This document shows positions 25,688 to 37,591 of a DNA stretch of 55,997 bases, piece after piece (the first letter of the stretch is position 1; the number at the start of each line of letters is the position of its first letter). This stretch comes from Catajapyx aquilonaris (lineage: Eukaryota), in the NCBI GenBank assembly GCA_000934665.2, contig JYFJ02002489.1:1-55997 (forward strand). The letters are read 5' to 3'. The notes below the pieces were generated by a model. It was not told where the DNA came from, made no database searches, and saw only the letters and a list, made by a program, of their open reading frames with translations. The position numbers and the translations under genes were made by a program.

Positions 25688-27029
25688 TTTATCACGCCTA
25701 CTTAACCCACTCTCCGGGTACTGAGAGACCTGAAATTTTTCACACCTATGCCTTACCTTTCAGTGACCCCAGGAAAAGTCCGAAAACCCTGAATATTTGG
25801 CAACAATACGAGTTATGAACCAATTTCCGTATTTAGAGCACTTTCATGGCCACACTGCAGTGCTATACCAGCAGGGTAGCACTGCAGTGTGGCCATGAAA
25901 GTTGCTAGGGGAGGTTTCTAGACTACAGGGTGTCCCACAAGTCTGAAACCATCATAGGTCATTGTTGTATTGTAGGATTGTATTGTTGGTTTCTAACAAG
26001 TTGTGCCAACTTGCACTTTGTTCACAGTCAGAAAAGGTTGAGCACAGTTAGCAAATTTGGTGAGGAAAGGGAACTATTTCCGGTTGCAGGGAGGTCAAGA
26101 AGATTGTGAATCATGATTCGCAGGTGCCCTGCCTTCAAGTTCATTTCACTGTTCAGGCCAAATTTAAAATGTCGGGAAAGAGGAAGGGGTTGACCCAGGT
26201 TCAACCTTGGTTCAACGTATTGCCCGTGTCATGGCCGATGGTCCAATAGAGGAGGCAAAAGTAATAGCCCAAAACTGGGGTGGAAAAGTTTAGTACAGTG
26301 GTTCCCAACATGTGTGGCGTGCCCCCTTGGGCCTTGAGGGTCGCGCGGTGGCCTGGGTAATTTTTACTTGCAAGAAATTTTATCAAAATTTCACCACGAA
26401 TGTTTTTAAATGTTTCATATGTCTACAATACATTAATCTTCTACCACTGGCTTAGTGCTTCAAATGGGTGGGTGGCTGGAAAGTTTCCGCAAAAGGCACA
26501 TAATTTCATGGAAAACAGTGTGTGGTGATGCAAGTGCCGTGAATCTCGAAGTAGAATATTGGAAGAAGGTGGGAAGCGTTTGTTTGGGGTAAGTTATTCC
26601 AAAGAGAACATTTTCAACTGCAAATGGAACTGCACCCCCTTATTTTAAAGATGTGCTGTATACGCCAGATACAACCGTAGGGTAAAACATACTATTCCAC
26701 AAAAATGCTTCTGTATGGAGTTATTTTGCACCATATTGAGGCAAGGTGCTTACTTTACATCTCCCCATTTTCCTCTATTTCTCACCAGCAAAAAAATCAG
26801 TGACGTCCTTGATCTGAACATAGCTTAAACCTATCCAGTACGGAATTTTTTGGGGGTCCAGTGCGAAGGAATGAGGTCTTTGAGATGTGGGAAATATTTC
26901 AGTGACAGGTGTTTATAAGACAAAGTTTGTTTGTCTGTTTGTCTGTTTGTTTGTTTGTCCATGGTAACGGGTTTTTGTTGGTGAGTATTACGGAAACAGG
27001 GCGTGCGAAGAACGGGCTCCTCTGCTAGT
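25688..27029 (+). mobile_element. Non-autonomous Helitron/Helentron-like element
   Basis: Starts tttatcacgcc and ends gggcgtgcgaagaacgggctcctctgCTAGT (short sub-terminal inverted pair cacgcc/ggcgtg, CTAG end). (GTTT/GTCT)n tract at 26925-26958; internal inverted segments; 26-bp perfect hairpin at 25840-25902. Confidence 0.55.
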
Positions 27030-28314
27030 AGACCATATAAGTTGCGTCCACTAGTCGCCTACACATTCGTACATATCGCTCAAAACGATGGATTTTTCAT
27101 TGAAACCAAATGCAAAATTATCTCCATATTTTAGCGACATGGTAGGATATACATAGAGTTCATTCTATGGTGATATGACAACATTAGGTCTACACACGTA
27201 TTATTTTGCAACAGCAAAGGTTCTTGTTCCTTTACCATCCAGTTCTAGTATTAACTCCAATTTATTACATTTTTGTTTTATGGGATTAAAGCGTCCGGCG
27301 TCTTTACATTAACAGTCCACAATAAAATAGGCTCTATTCCGCCGTTTACATTTTATTCAGGTAGTAGCACTAACTTATCACTATAAATACACCACAAATA
27401 CATTGCCCGCTGAGTTTTAGTTAGCTCATTTTTATACGAAGAATGATTATGCTTAATCGACAATATGAATAATATATTGTGCCATTCATTAGTAACAAGT
27501 GTATTTCAGTGTCTGTCAAATCAATCACGATTTGAGATCACTCCTACTCTCACTTTTAATGATATACAGTATTTTCTTCGAATTTAGTTAGGCACTGTAA
27601 TAGAAAACGTACTCTGTATGGACCAAAAAGTTTCAGTCGCCGATGGTGAAAAATCCTGCACAAGTTCATTGCTGGAGATGAGTCCATTAGAATACGGAGA
27701 ATAAGATATAGTACGTGTATTATGCTTCCTCCTCCAGAAATATTTTTGGCAGCCGAGAGAGCCTTATATGGGGCTATGGAGGTAATATATTAAAAGACGA
27801 GATAATAGCTTGGCTGTGAGAGTGCTCGAAGTAGGTCCCCAAAAATTGGTTAATATTACACTGTTCGAAAATATTTCAGAATCGGCATAATTAGTTTGTG
27901 CGCAGTTGTAGCGCATGATATGCGTCATGTGATTATATTGAATTTTGAATAATTTCTTAAAAAATGACGGCGAATCCCCAAGCAGTTGTTGCATTTTTGG
28001 AATTCCGTATAATATAATTGTAGAAAGTTGCTTCTGCTCCAACATCTGTGGAATGTGAAGTAGTGAAAAGGCAAGGTGAGGCATATTTTTCCAGGTGTAC
28101 GTGTAGTAATAAAGCTTCAAAAGAGCGTCCTCAGCCATGTCTTGGTAATGCCTCCCTATTCTATGGCAATTGAAAACTGACTCCAGTATTATGCCTGGTA
28201 TTCCCATTCCCAAAACAACTATGGCGATAACTAGGAATGCTAAAAAGTTAAATCAGAATATAATTTTAATTCAGCAATATATTTATTCCCAATCAAGTTT
28301 TATACAGCAGGTGA

Positions 28315-28832
28315 TTATTCGGCTGCGGCTGCTGCTTCATCATGGTGGTGATGATGGTGTCCTCTGCGATGTCCTCCTCCACGACGTCCATCATCAGCGA
28401 CGGCTTCGTCAGATGCAGCAGCGGAATCGGCAGGTGCAGATTCGTCGAAGAAGTCGTCATCTACGGCGTCGGATGAATCAGCGGAGGAATCGCTTTCATC
28501 ATTACGGCCTGGGCGGCAGCAGCTAACTCGGCCCCGTCTGCGGCAGCAAACAAGCTGCAACATGAGACAAAAAGGAGCACATTAGTAAAGAATTTTGTTG
28601 GTTCTTCATACGGTACATGAATGCAGCACACTTACGGGACGACAGCATCGGCGTCCGCCACCACCACGACATGCCCGGCATCCCCTCTGAGCTTCAGTCA
28701 GGCTCTACAAACAATAAATTTTTAAAAATGCAAATTGATTGACATCACTATGACACGATGTAAATTTCACGTTATACTTACGACGACCACCAGGGCCACC
28801 ACCAACAGTGCCAAAGTGAGTTTGCAATTCAT
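28315..28832 (-). CDS. Gene E: secreted Arg-rich 8-Cys peptide precursor with acidic piece and poly-His tail (119 aa)
   Basis: Exons 28782-28832 (MNCKLTLALLVVALVVV), 28636-28704 (SLTEA-QRGCRACRGGGGRRCCRP), 28315-28554 (LVCCRRRGRVSCCRPGR-NDESDSSADSS...DDG-RRGGGHRRGHHHHHHDEAAAAAE*). TATA at 28890-28896. Confidence 0.88.
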
Positions 28833-29732
28833 GATGCTCGAGTTGTGTTAGTACTCTTGATACAGATCGATGTGAAGCAGTGCTGTTAGTTATATACCTG
28901 CTCCAGCCACATAATTAACACGTGAATAACTTTGGACATTAGCTGTGTGGCACGTCCTTCTATGCCTAAAAATCGAGCAATTAGCACGGGCAGTAGTAAT
29001 AGAGCACGCAATACTTAAGAGTTTTCCTTGTCTTTGCAGTATATGGTCAGTCCTGATGGCTTGGTCTGCAATTTTTTCCAAGGGTATATCAAAGCAAAAC
29101 TTAAATAAAATACATTGTCAACTTGTTATTTCTCACACCATGTTCTCGGTGCAAAAGTTGCATTTGAAAGTGTGTAAGTATTATAATAAACCTTTGAAAA
29201 CTACGGTACTGTACGTGCTTCATCTACGATGAATGACGGCCTAAAGTACGAGTACAACCTTTAAAAACCAGTCGCAAAATAAAACATCTGTAATTTAGTG
29301 ATAAAATGTTTTAAAAAATTGCAAGCTTTATGTTAAGCAGATTCAAATATGTAAATCAGCACAGTATTTAAAAATAATAGGCAAATCCAGTAATTATTAA
29401 TGAGTCCCTTTCATCAGGCTATTTCTTCTCCCTTTCCTCTCAATTTCATGACTTATCAATATCGGTGAGTTTCCAATAATTATAATCAGAATTCCGTAAG
29501 TAATGAACAATATTTATTATGATATATTTATTAATTTGTTGCTGCAGGGAGGATACACCCCATATGCATACAGTCCATAAAGTGATAAGCATTTCACTCT
29601 TTTTACTAAATGAAAATTAATTACATTATGGAAATGTTTATGTTGCTTACATGCACTAAACATGATTGCTATTGAATTGCTACATACTGAAAAGCAGCCA
29701 ATCTTGCAGTTCCATATTCAAATTTTTCTTTG

Positions 29733-30136
29733 CAGGGTGTTCCCAAATTCGTCTGCCACAATGATACGGGTGGTAAGGAGTGCATATGGAAGAAGCATGG
29801 CATGGGTCCGAAAGGCCGGCGACGACGTCGGCGTCGACGTCGACGATGTACTACATCCTGACAAGATAGTATGTATACCACCGTACATGCCTGCATTGGT
29901 GGTTCCTGGAGTCAGGCGGTTAAGCAATGGTCTGGGTGCGCGAGAGCCTAACCCCGGCAACCAGCAATGCAGGCATGTACGGCGGTATCCATACTTGTCA
30001 GGATGTACATCGTCGATGTCAAAGGTCGACATCTCCAAAACGGATCGTCGCGTCGCCTGCCTTTCGGACCCATGCCATGCTTCTTCCATAAGCACCCCCT
30101 ACCACCCTTTTGGCATACGAATTTGGGAACACCATG
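29733..30136. mobile_element. Tc1/mariner-type MITE with long imperfect TIRs (copy 1)
   Basis: Ends cagggtgttcccaaattcgt / acgaatttgggaacaccatg followed by TA; nearly the whole element folds back; a related copy starts at 46963. Confidence 0.8.
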
Positions 30137-30395
30137 TATATAGGGCGTCATCTAGCATCTATAAAAAAAAGACAATGACGCCGCATTGACCAAGACAGTC
30201 CAGGGGTGCGAAGGATGAGAAGGATCACAAACCTTCCATTTTCCAGAATAAAACAGGAACAGTTACAATTAATAGTTATTAATAATCATGTAAGTAACCG
30301 GATATTTATTATTTTATGTAGGTTCTGGAATATATTTGCCCCTATATTTATTACCTAATGACACCAGCACATTACTTGAGGTTGGCTCCAATATA

Positions 30396-31454
30396 CAGTT
30401 GAATCCGGATATAACAGCCGCGGCTGTAACAGATATTCGGTTATAACAGACCCGAACGCTGGCCCAGGCCCTATGTATTTTTACTCATGATATACCGTAA
30501 CACTCATTTTCACCCCATCTCGAGTATAACAGACCATTTCCTGGCCCCTCAGTGGGAAAATAATATGCTGCTTTTGATTACTCGTCTTCCTTTCCCACGA
30601 GAGGAAAGCACGTCATAATGGAGATGTGGTGATTTTCCCATCTGTCACTGATCTAACACTAGCCGAAATGGCCTTTCTGGTATATTTGCACAGACGGCAG
30701 AAGAAAATAGGGTCATTCCCACGTGCCACAAAATCTCGATCTTGAACCACGTTTCTGACTGGCAAAATCAGGATGTGATCAGGATCGTTTGGTGACTGTT
30801 TCCACGGGCCAGGTACTTTTCGTGATTTTCGGTGGAGTGGTCTGTAACCACGCCCACCCGCCTGGCGAAAAAATGACTCTCGCTTCGGCTCCCGGACAAA
30901 GGCACGGGTGACTCTACGATAGGCCTGGCTGTAATAGCATGGAGGCATGCTATCTACGTTATTACACAGGTCCTGGCTGCCCGCAGAGCGAGGGGGCAGA
31001 CACGTGGGCAGACGGGGCCAAGCAGGGAGCCGCCATGTTGCCCGGTCCGGAGGGGGGAGTGACGTCAGGATCGCGACTCATAAGGTGGCAGTCAACTTCT
31101 ACAAGCTGGCTGCCACAGTCACCTTTGTAAACGCGTTCGGGTGGAGGAAGGGCATGTGGGAACACCCCAATCACGACTTTCGGGGGTAAGGATCATGATC
31201 CCTGTGGCACGTGGGAATGACCCTAATGACGGATTTTTTTGGTCCTTTCTAAGTTATGGGTGAGCTAATTTTGCCTGTTTGTGTATATAGTATCATTAAT
31301 CAACATGCAGTAGCGGTGTGCATTATAAGCATAATTATGAAAGCTGAAAATTGTGGTTTTTGTTGCAAAAGTGGGGATTTGGCTATAGCAGACATCGGTT
31401 ATAACATACTGATTTTCTCGGTCCCTTGAAGTCTGTTATATCCGGATTCAACTG
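30396..31454. mobile_element. TA-flanked pogo/Tigger-like non-autonomous DNA transposon
   Basis: TIR cagttgaatccggatataacag / ctgttatatccggattcaactg; TA on both sides; sub-terminal cggttataaca repeats. Confidence 0.82.
30709..31224. mobile_element. Nested non-autonomous DNA element inside the pogo-like element
   Basis: 22-bp perfect TIR agggtcattcccacgtgccaca / tgtggcacgtgggaatgaccct; AAT on both flanks (30706-30708 and 31225-31227). Confidence 0.75.
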
Positions 31455-31796
31455 TATTATAGTGCATTTGTTGTTTTATTTTTTGCGCTTCTTTTCTCCC
31501 ATGTAATCCACAATTATTTTGGTACCAAAAATGATGAATCCTTCTTAAATAAAGTCTTACTGTCATAAAATGTTACTACAATATGAGCCAGAAACAAAAA
31601 CTTTTCAAAAACTGCAGAAACTCTGGAACATTGTATTGCCATGCTTTGTAAGGAAATTAAAACGCATTGTTTGAAGCTGACAACTAATGGAAACATCGCA
31701 CAATCGCCTATTTGTGAGAAATACAAGGTGTTTGTCTCTATAAGATTTTATTATACAGTGGTCATGCACACACTGATATCTCCTGATATCAGATGA

Positions 31797-32232
31797 TTAA
31801 TCAACTAAATCGTCGTGGTGTCCTCCGTGATGGTCTGAAGTATCGGCCGCAATTTCATCGGAACCGTCGTACTCATTGGCGTCAAAGACGACAGGACCAG
31901 AATCTGCAGAGTCGTTGCCATCCAATAAAAAGCCACGGCAGCAATAAAAATGTCCCCGAAGGATGCAGCACCGCGACTAAATAGAAGAGGAAATTATTAA
32001 AGTTGTACCACTTTGTACTGAATATAATTATTTTCGATGTATAGTAGCAAGAAAGAGTACACTTACGAAGAATGGGCAACGTATCGGGCAGCCAAAAGGA
32101 TGAGCTTCAGTCAGACTCTAAAAAAACAACATTAAATGAAGCCCATATCTTTGCACAAAAAAGGCTCCTTTTACCTACCAGGACCGTAAGTGCCACCAGC
32201 AGCACTCCCAAAGTCACTTTGAAATTCATCAT
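31797..32232 (-). CDS. Gene F: secreted 6-Cys cationic/hydrophobic peptide precursor with acidic piece and His tail (94 aa)
   Basis: Exons 32179-32232 (MMNFKVTLGVLLVALTVL), 32067-32117 (SLTEA-HPFGCPIRCPFF), 31797-31976 (SRCCILRGHFYCCRGFLL-DGNDSADSGPVVFDANEYDGSDEIAADTSDHHGGHHDDLVD*). TATA at 32296-32301. Confidence 0.87.
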
Positions 32233-32951
32233 GGTGGTCTATGTCAATGCTCACTCGACTTGCACAGATCCTTGGGAAGAACCACTGTGTCACACTTTAT
32301 ACCCTATCCATCCGCCTATTAACACGTGTAGTTATGAATATTAAAACGTGAAATTATGAGGCAAGACCTTCCGAGGTTAGAACTATTACCAAAGACAATG
32401 ATTGAAGTTTCATATAGGCTTATCTTAGTACTAAATGACGGCACTGGCTAACTCAGCATTAATTTTTAATCGCGTCTGTGACAAAATGTTTCCTCAATAT
32501 ACTGGTATATTGAGAAAATTATACATTATATCCAACAATTATAGAGTTTTCTTCTTACCATTGCCGCTTACTTTGTTACCATTGTTACTTCAGTTAGTCA
32601 AGGTGGCGTATACCTGGCACACTGTATTTTCGCTGTTTCCACATGCAAACGCTGATGGCATCGTCACGATGGGGTAGCATCTCATCGCAGTGCCCAGTAG
32701 TGGTCCACAATTAGTTGAAACATACAGTAGTTTATAAAATCTGAAGCCTGAGGCCATGTCCTGTATCCATACTATATCATGAACGCTCTACCACAATGTT
32801 GCGTGTAACATGTATATATGTATTTTATAGTAGACTCTACAATAATATGATGCCAATAAGTTTTATTAGTACATGAAAGTTTATATCGAAAGCAGTGCTT
32901 TATTTATTGCATAATATGGATCAGGATAAGTGCCATATAATGTGTTACAAT

Positions 32952-33930
32952 TTACTGCATCTCTATGAGAGGAATTTTCTCAGGTAGAAATACGTTTCTG
33001 GATAGCAAATAACAACTCTGCTCGCGTAAATCGCAGAAGTAGTTGGCTGGGCAGCAGAACCGTCTGTCAGCGCAACACACAGCCTGTAAATAAGTTATTA
33101 TCGACTGATTAGTCACTCTCAATATAACATTTTAATAGTAGCCTGTCATACCCGAGTGGTCATGCCACCCATACAATTCACAAGGGACCTAAATCTGAGC
33201 TGAACTGAGCACCTGTTGCACCACCACGTATATTCGAAAAATTCGTGTCATTCTCACATGCACAGTGCGTTGTCGCAGGCCTTTGCACGTTAAAATAAAT
33301 TATATAGAAGTATCACTGACTACATCTTACGTTTGGCACGGGGCAGCATCCATTAGAATTGCTAACTTTAAGGCAGCAGGTTTCTTCAATACCGCAGGAA
33401 CTTCCGTCTTGGCAACGTCGGCCGGGTTGACGTTCTTGCCCAAACTAGTGACGTCAAGGATGTAAGTAAAGGGAAAAATAAATTAGAACTCATACTGTAC
33501 ATTATTAATTATTCACTGCCACAATGGGTCTCATAATAAAAGTTCTTTACATGTACAGGGTGGTGCTTTGCTCTGGTCCCCATTTCAAAGGAAGCACAGT
33601 GGATTGTTTATACCAGCAACAAGCTCAAGTCGCGGAGAAACAACAGGGACATAGGCTTTCATTAAACTTGTCTCTGATATAAGGAATCCAAGTGGGGGGT
33701 TGGGCAGGGCACAGTCCTGTACAGTGTATATCTTAAAAACTATATGTAATATATGACCTCGTATATGCCGGTTTTGGTCGTTTAATATTACAGGCACAGT
33801 GTATGGAATGCAGCTGGAATATATATTCGCAATATGTAATATAATGTATCTAAAAATATTCGAAACTTACTACCCCGTGAATGAAAAGCAGCAACATCAC
33901 GAATACGATCAATCCAGTTCTGTCAGCCAT
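32952..33930 (-). CDS. Gene G: secreted single-granulin protein (101 aa)
   Basis: Exons 33871-33930 (MADRTGLIVFVMLLLFIHGV), 33331-33444 (FGQERQPGRRCQDGSSCGIEETCCLKVSNSNGCCPVPN), 32952-33083 (AVCCADRRFCCPANYFCDLREQSCYLL...*); canonical 12-Cys granulin spacing. Confidence 0.9.
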
Positions 33931-34233
33931 AACAATCTGCACCGAATATAGGTGTAAGAATCTGAAAGCTGAAATGAGGCATCTGATACATTTTGGGCTA
34001 AATTATGGCCACGGTAAGAAACTGAAGGACGACTTACCTATTTCCGGAGATTCTCTCAGCTGACTTGGAATGGACTTGCTCTTTTTCCCAGTGACCCAGA
34101 AACATAGAAGCCCCACCTACTAACACCAGTTGTCCGTAACTTGCCGATCCGGTCTTCGCATGGATATTAATCTTACAGATCTGCACTACTTATCTGTCAC
34201 ACTGGAATAACGCATTTTGAGGTTTTCAGGTAC

Positions 34234-34328
<95 letters not shown>
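34234..34328. repeat. (AAT)n microsatellite, about 31 units
   Basis: Uninterrupted ATA/AAT run between the divergently oriented genes G and H. Confidence 0.97.
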
Positions 34329-34623
34329 TTTACTATTGGCTATATAGTGTGAAAGCAGCAGTGATGTGAACAGTGTAGCATGAGTGCATGGCAATATTAT
34401 TTCCTAATTACCCACGTGGTAACGAGAGGTGTTACAAAACATGTCATTGTTCTTCAATAATATTGCTGACACCATGAAAATCTCAATCTCTTAAAAGGAT
34501 GCAGAAGGCAAGTAGGGATGGACAGTCTGAACCAAGGTAAGTTGGTTTTCGGTAGGTCCATTTATTTTGTCCATTTATGCAGTGCATTAAAATTTCGGCT
34601 TGATTCTAGGATCTGGAACCACG

Positions 34624-35114
34624 ATGCATCTGTACTTGATTTTCTTGGGCGTCATTTTGACCATTTCCTGTCAAGTTGTAAGTTAACAAAAAAGTGCACA
34701 TATTACAACACAACTTGTAGGGTACTACTAAACTTCTTTTTTAAATTTAGCGAGCAGAAGTGAAATGTTCCGACGAATACACATGCGAGACCGGGGATAA
34801 ATGCTGCCCTCACAAGAAAGGTTTTGGTTGCTGTCCTCTTATTGACGTATGTGTCATATGCTGATTTTTTCACAAACAAATGACATTAACTGGAAATCTC
34901 ATTCACAATGTAGGGTATCTGTTGCAATGACGGTGTCCACTGCTGCCCTCAAGGAACAGAGTGTGACCTCACGGAACATCAATGTGTTAACAAAATTGCC
35001 CGTGGATTCAATCACGTTCCACTAACTTCATGCAAAGGCGCCTCCTGGATTGGAACCACACACCATCACGGTCACCACGGTCACCACGGTCACCACGGAT
35101 CCTGGCATCACTAA
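34624..35114 (+). CDS. Gene H: secreted single-granulin protein with His-rich tail (116 aa)
   Basis: Exons 34624-34677 (MHLYLIFLGVILTISCQV), 34751-34846 (RAEVKCSDEYTCETGDKCCPHKKGFGCCPLID), 34914-35114 (GICCNDGVHCCPQGTECDLTEHQC...HHHGHHGHHGHHGSWHH*). An upstream exon (ATG 34518, donor 34537, acceptor 34609) could add 11 aa in frame. Confidence 0.9.
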
Positions 35115-37124
35115 CTAATTTTTTACACTCATATTATAGTACTTCGTGCATCATGTAATAATATAGTATTATTATGTGACAAAAATGAAATAAACAAAAA
35201 CATATTGTTAACTGTACATATACACGAGTTGCTCATGTGTTCATTTAAAATTTTCCTTCAAGATGTTGATACTGTTGATGCAAGATGTATATTGAAGAGG
35301 TCAAGAGTCAAATAGACAAAATATGAACTCAATGCTAAAGCATCGCTTTTGACCGACTGAGAAGGTTTCGATGTCATTGGTATTAGCATAACCCCGGTTG
35401 TAGTGAGAAAAATTGAAAACTTACGGTTATTTTCAATACTGTACAGTACATTGAAAAATAATTTGCCATCACTACACTGTAGTTTGGTCTTGATCACATG
35501 GTTTTCAGAGTTTCCCAGAAATTTTACGTGATGAAGTTAAAAGCAATTTTTATTGTATAGCTGATCGTACTCGTACATGACTGTATACAGTACAGTAGGT
35601 ATAATTTGTAGTATCTTATAATTATAATATATTAGTCATAATCTGGTCATAATTCTCATAAATCATGGCTGTACACGCATCCTGGCACCTCCAAATAAAA
35701 CAACTAATAAAATAATTTACCTGCACATTGTGAGTGCAAAACATTTTGTATACAGTTCACTTGGCTTTGTTACAGTCTGTTACAGTACTACTGTATACGT
35801 AGAAATATTCCTGGCTTAGGCGAGATATCCTTTAATAAATTACTTGACATCTTAATTCAACGTTGCTTAATTTATTAGTTAATTTGTTATTTGGTCCCCG
35901 AAGCCTCTTTACTGGGATGATATTCTGCAACTACACAATGCATAAAATATCCTGCTGCAAGGTATGCGCCCCTCCGCACTTTAAAAGCTTTTACGGCATT
36001 TTATTAGCTAGCTACGTTCCCATAAAGTACGGTACCCTCTGACTAATGCTAATTATTAGCCATGAAGCTACGAAGACAAAAAATAATAAGGCAATATTAC
36101 AATAATTATGTTCCGTATCCTCTTCTCCGGAAGAAAGCATGATTATTGGTGTTAGATCTCCGAATGTATAGCGGATGATAAATGACAGACAGCTCTTCGA
36201 AGTATCTTGGTAATTTACAGTAGCTGTCAGATTTTGGTTGCGATTATATTACAATCAAGGATGAATAGATATCGATGATAGTGCAAATCTGAGAAGTGCA
36301 AATCATGCTGGAAACACCCAGTTCAATCGTGAAGTCTCACTGTTACGTAATTGGGTATAGGTGATAGGACACCTTCACAGGACCTCACCTTACATGACCC
36401 TGTTACACTCTATGCTGTATAGCAGAATATAGACATGATGACAGGTGAAGAAATATGAGCTTTCAGAGATTCTGGCATCAAAATGTTTTACAGAATGAGG
36501 CATTACGTTAACAAAATTACATTACTACTGTATTTACTGCTTGTCTAAATTATGGCAATGCAATGGGCGTCTGATTATGTTTATAAAGAGGCGACTTCTT
36601 CGAGGTCATTGCATGTCGCTCTCACATTATCACGTCATGATGACTATACAGTATACAATACGCTTCAAATATTATTAATGATTTTTCAAGTGCGTGGCAG
36701 TATACCCAGTTGACATACCAAATCAAACTGCTTGGTAAGAGGTAATCACAAGTGTCGTAATGGCAAGAAGAAAGAGACCTGCTATTGGAAGATGCTCAAA
36801 CAGAATAAACCCCAAACTATTGTGTGCTTTGATATTTTCCCATCTCAATGCACCACTATAGATATGTTACGGCCAGCGAGTATTGCACATTAATGCAATG
36901 TACTAATCTGGTACTAATACATTCACAACATTTCTTCATCCCATTAACACGTGGCCCGCATTTATATACGTGTGTTTGTCAACATGCTGCCAATATTGTT
37001 ACACGTGCTCATCGGCAAACTTATCTGCACATGCAATATAATGATGGGCAGCAATAATATGCGTGATGTATAAAAGAGACAAGAGTACAATGAGCACAAT
37101 GCGTCTCAAGGGTAGAGAAGCAAG

Positions 37125-37591
37125 ATGATCCGCCCATTTTTTCTCGTCCTTCTGCTGGCAGCTGTTTACTTGGTCGTGAGTATCTTCGTCAATCGGCAAT
37201 TACCGAACCATACATCAAAACATATTCTATTACGCAGACTGTAAATGGAAAGATACGTTGCTCGGCTAAGCACAGCTGTGACGTTGGTCAAACCTGTTGC
37301 AGACAACGTGGCAACCGATTTGGCTGCTGCCCTGTGCCAAACGTGAGCTGCAATTTGATTTCTTTTTATGTCACGCCATCTTAGAATGTTCTGCATGTCT
37401 ATATTAATGGTACGACAATTTAGGCCGTCTGCTGCGAAAATGGAGACCACTGCTGCCCCAGCGGACGATTTTGCGACATTGGGAGATGGGCCTGTCCGAG
37501 AATGAAGGCCGGAGGAAGAGCTGATGAAGATAGTAGGGGCGGCTTATTAGGCTTAGGCCTATTGAATTTGCTTGACGCAAATGAGGAATGA
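37125..37591 (+). CDS. Gene I: secreted single-granulin protein (107 aa)
   Basis: TATA at about 37069; exons 37125-37175 (MIRPFFLVLLLAAVYLV), 37238-37342 (TVNGKIRCSAKHSCDVGQTCCRQRGNRFGCCPVPN), 37424-37591 (AVCCENGDHCCPSGRFCDIGRWAC...DANEE*); AATAAA at about 37614. Confidence 0.9.

Noticed and set aside
29662..30189. 175-aa ORF with a look-alike at 46952-47422
   Set aside because: Both lie in copies of the same palindromic MITE and show no transposase motifs.
34197..34394. Poly-Ile ORF
   Set aside because: Translation of the (AAT)n microsatellite.
36740..36905. Possible relic granulin gene (HKCRNGKKKETCY... and ASEYCTLMQC)
   Set aside because: Faint resemblance only; no CC pairs, signal exon or consistent splice sites.
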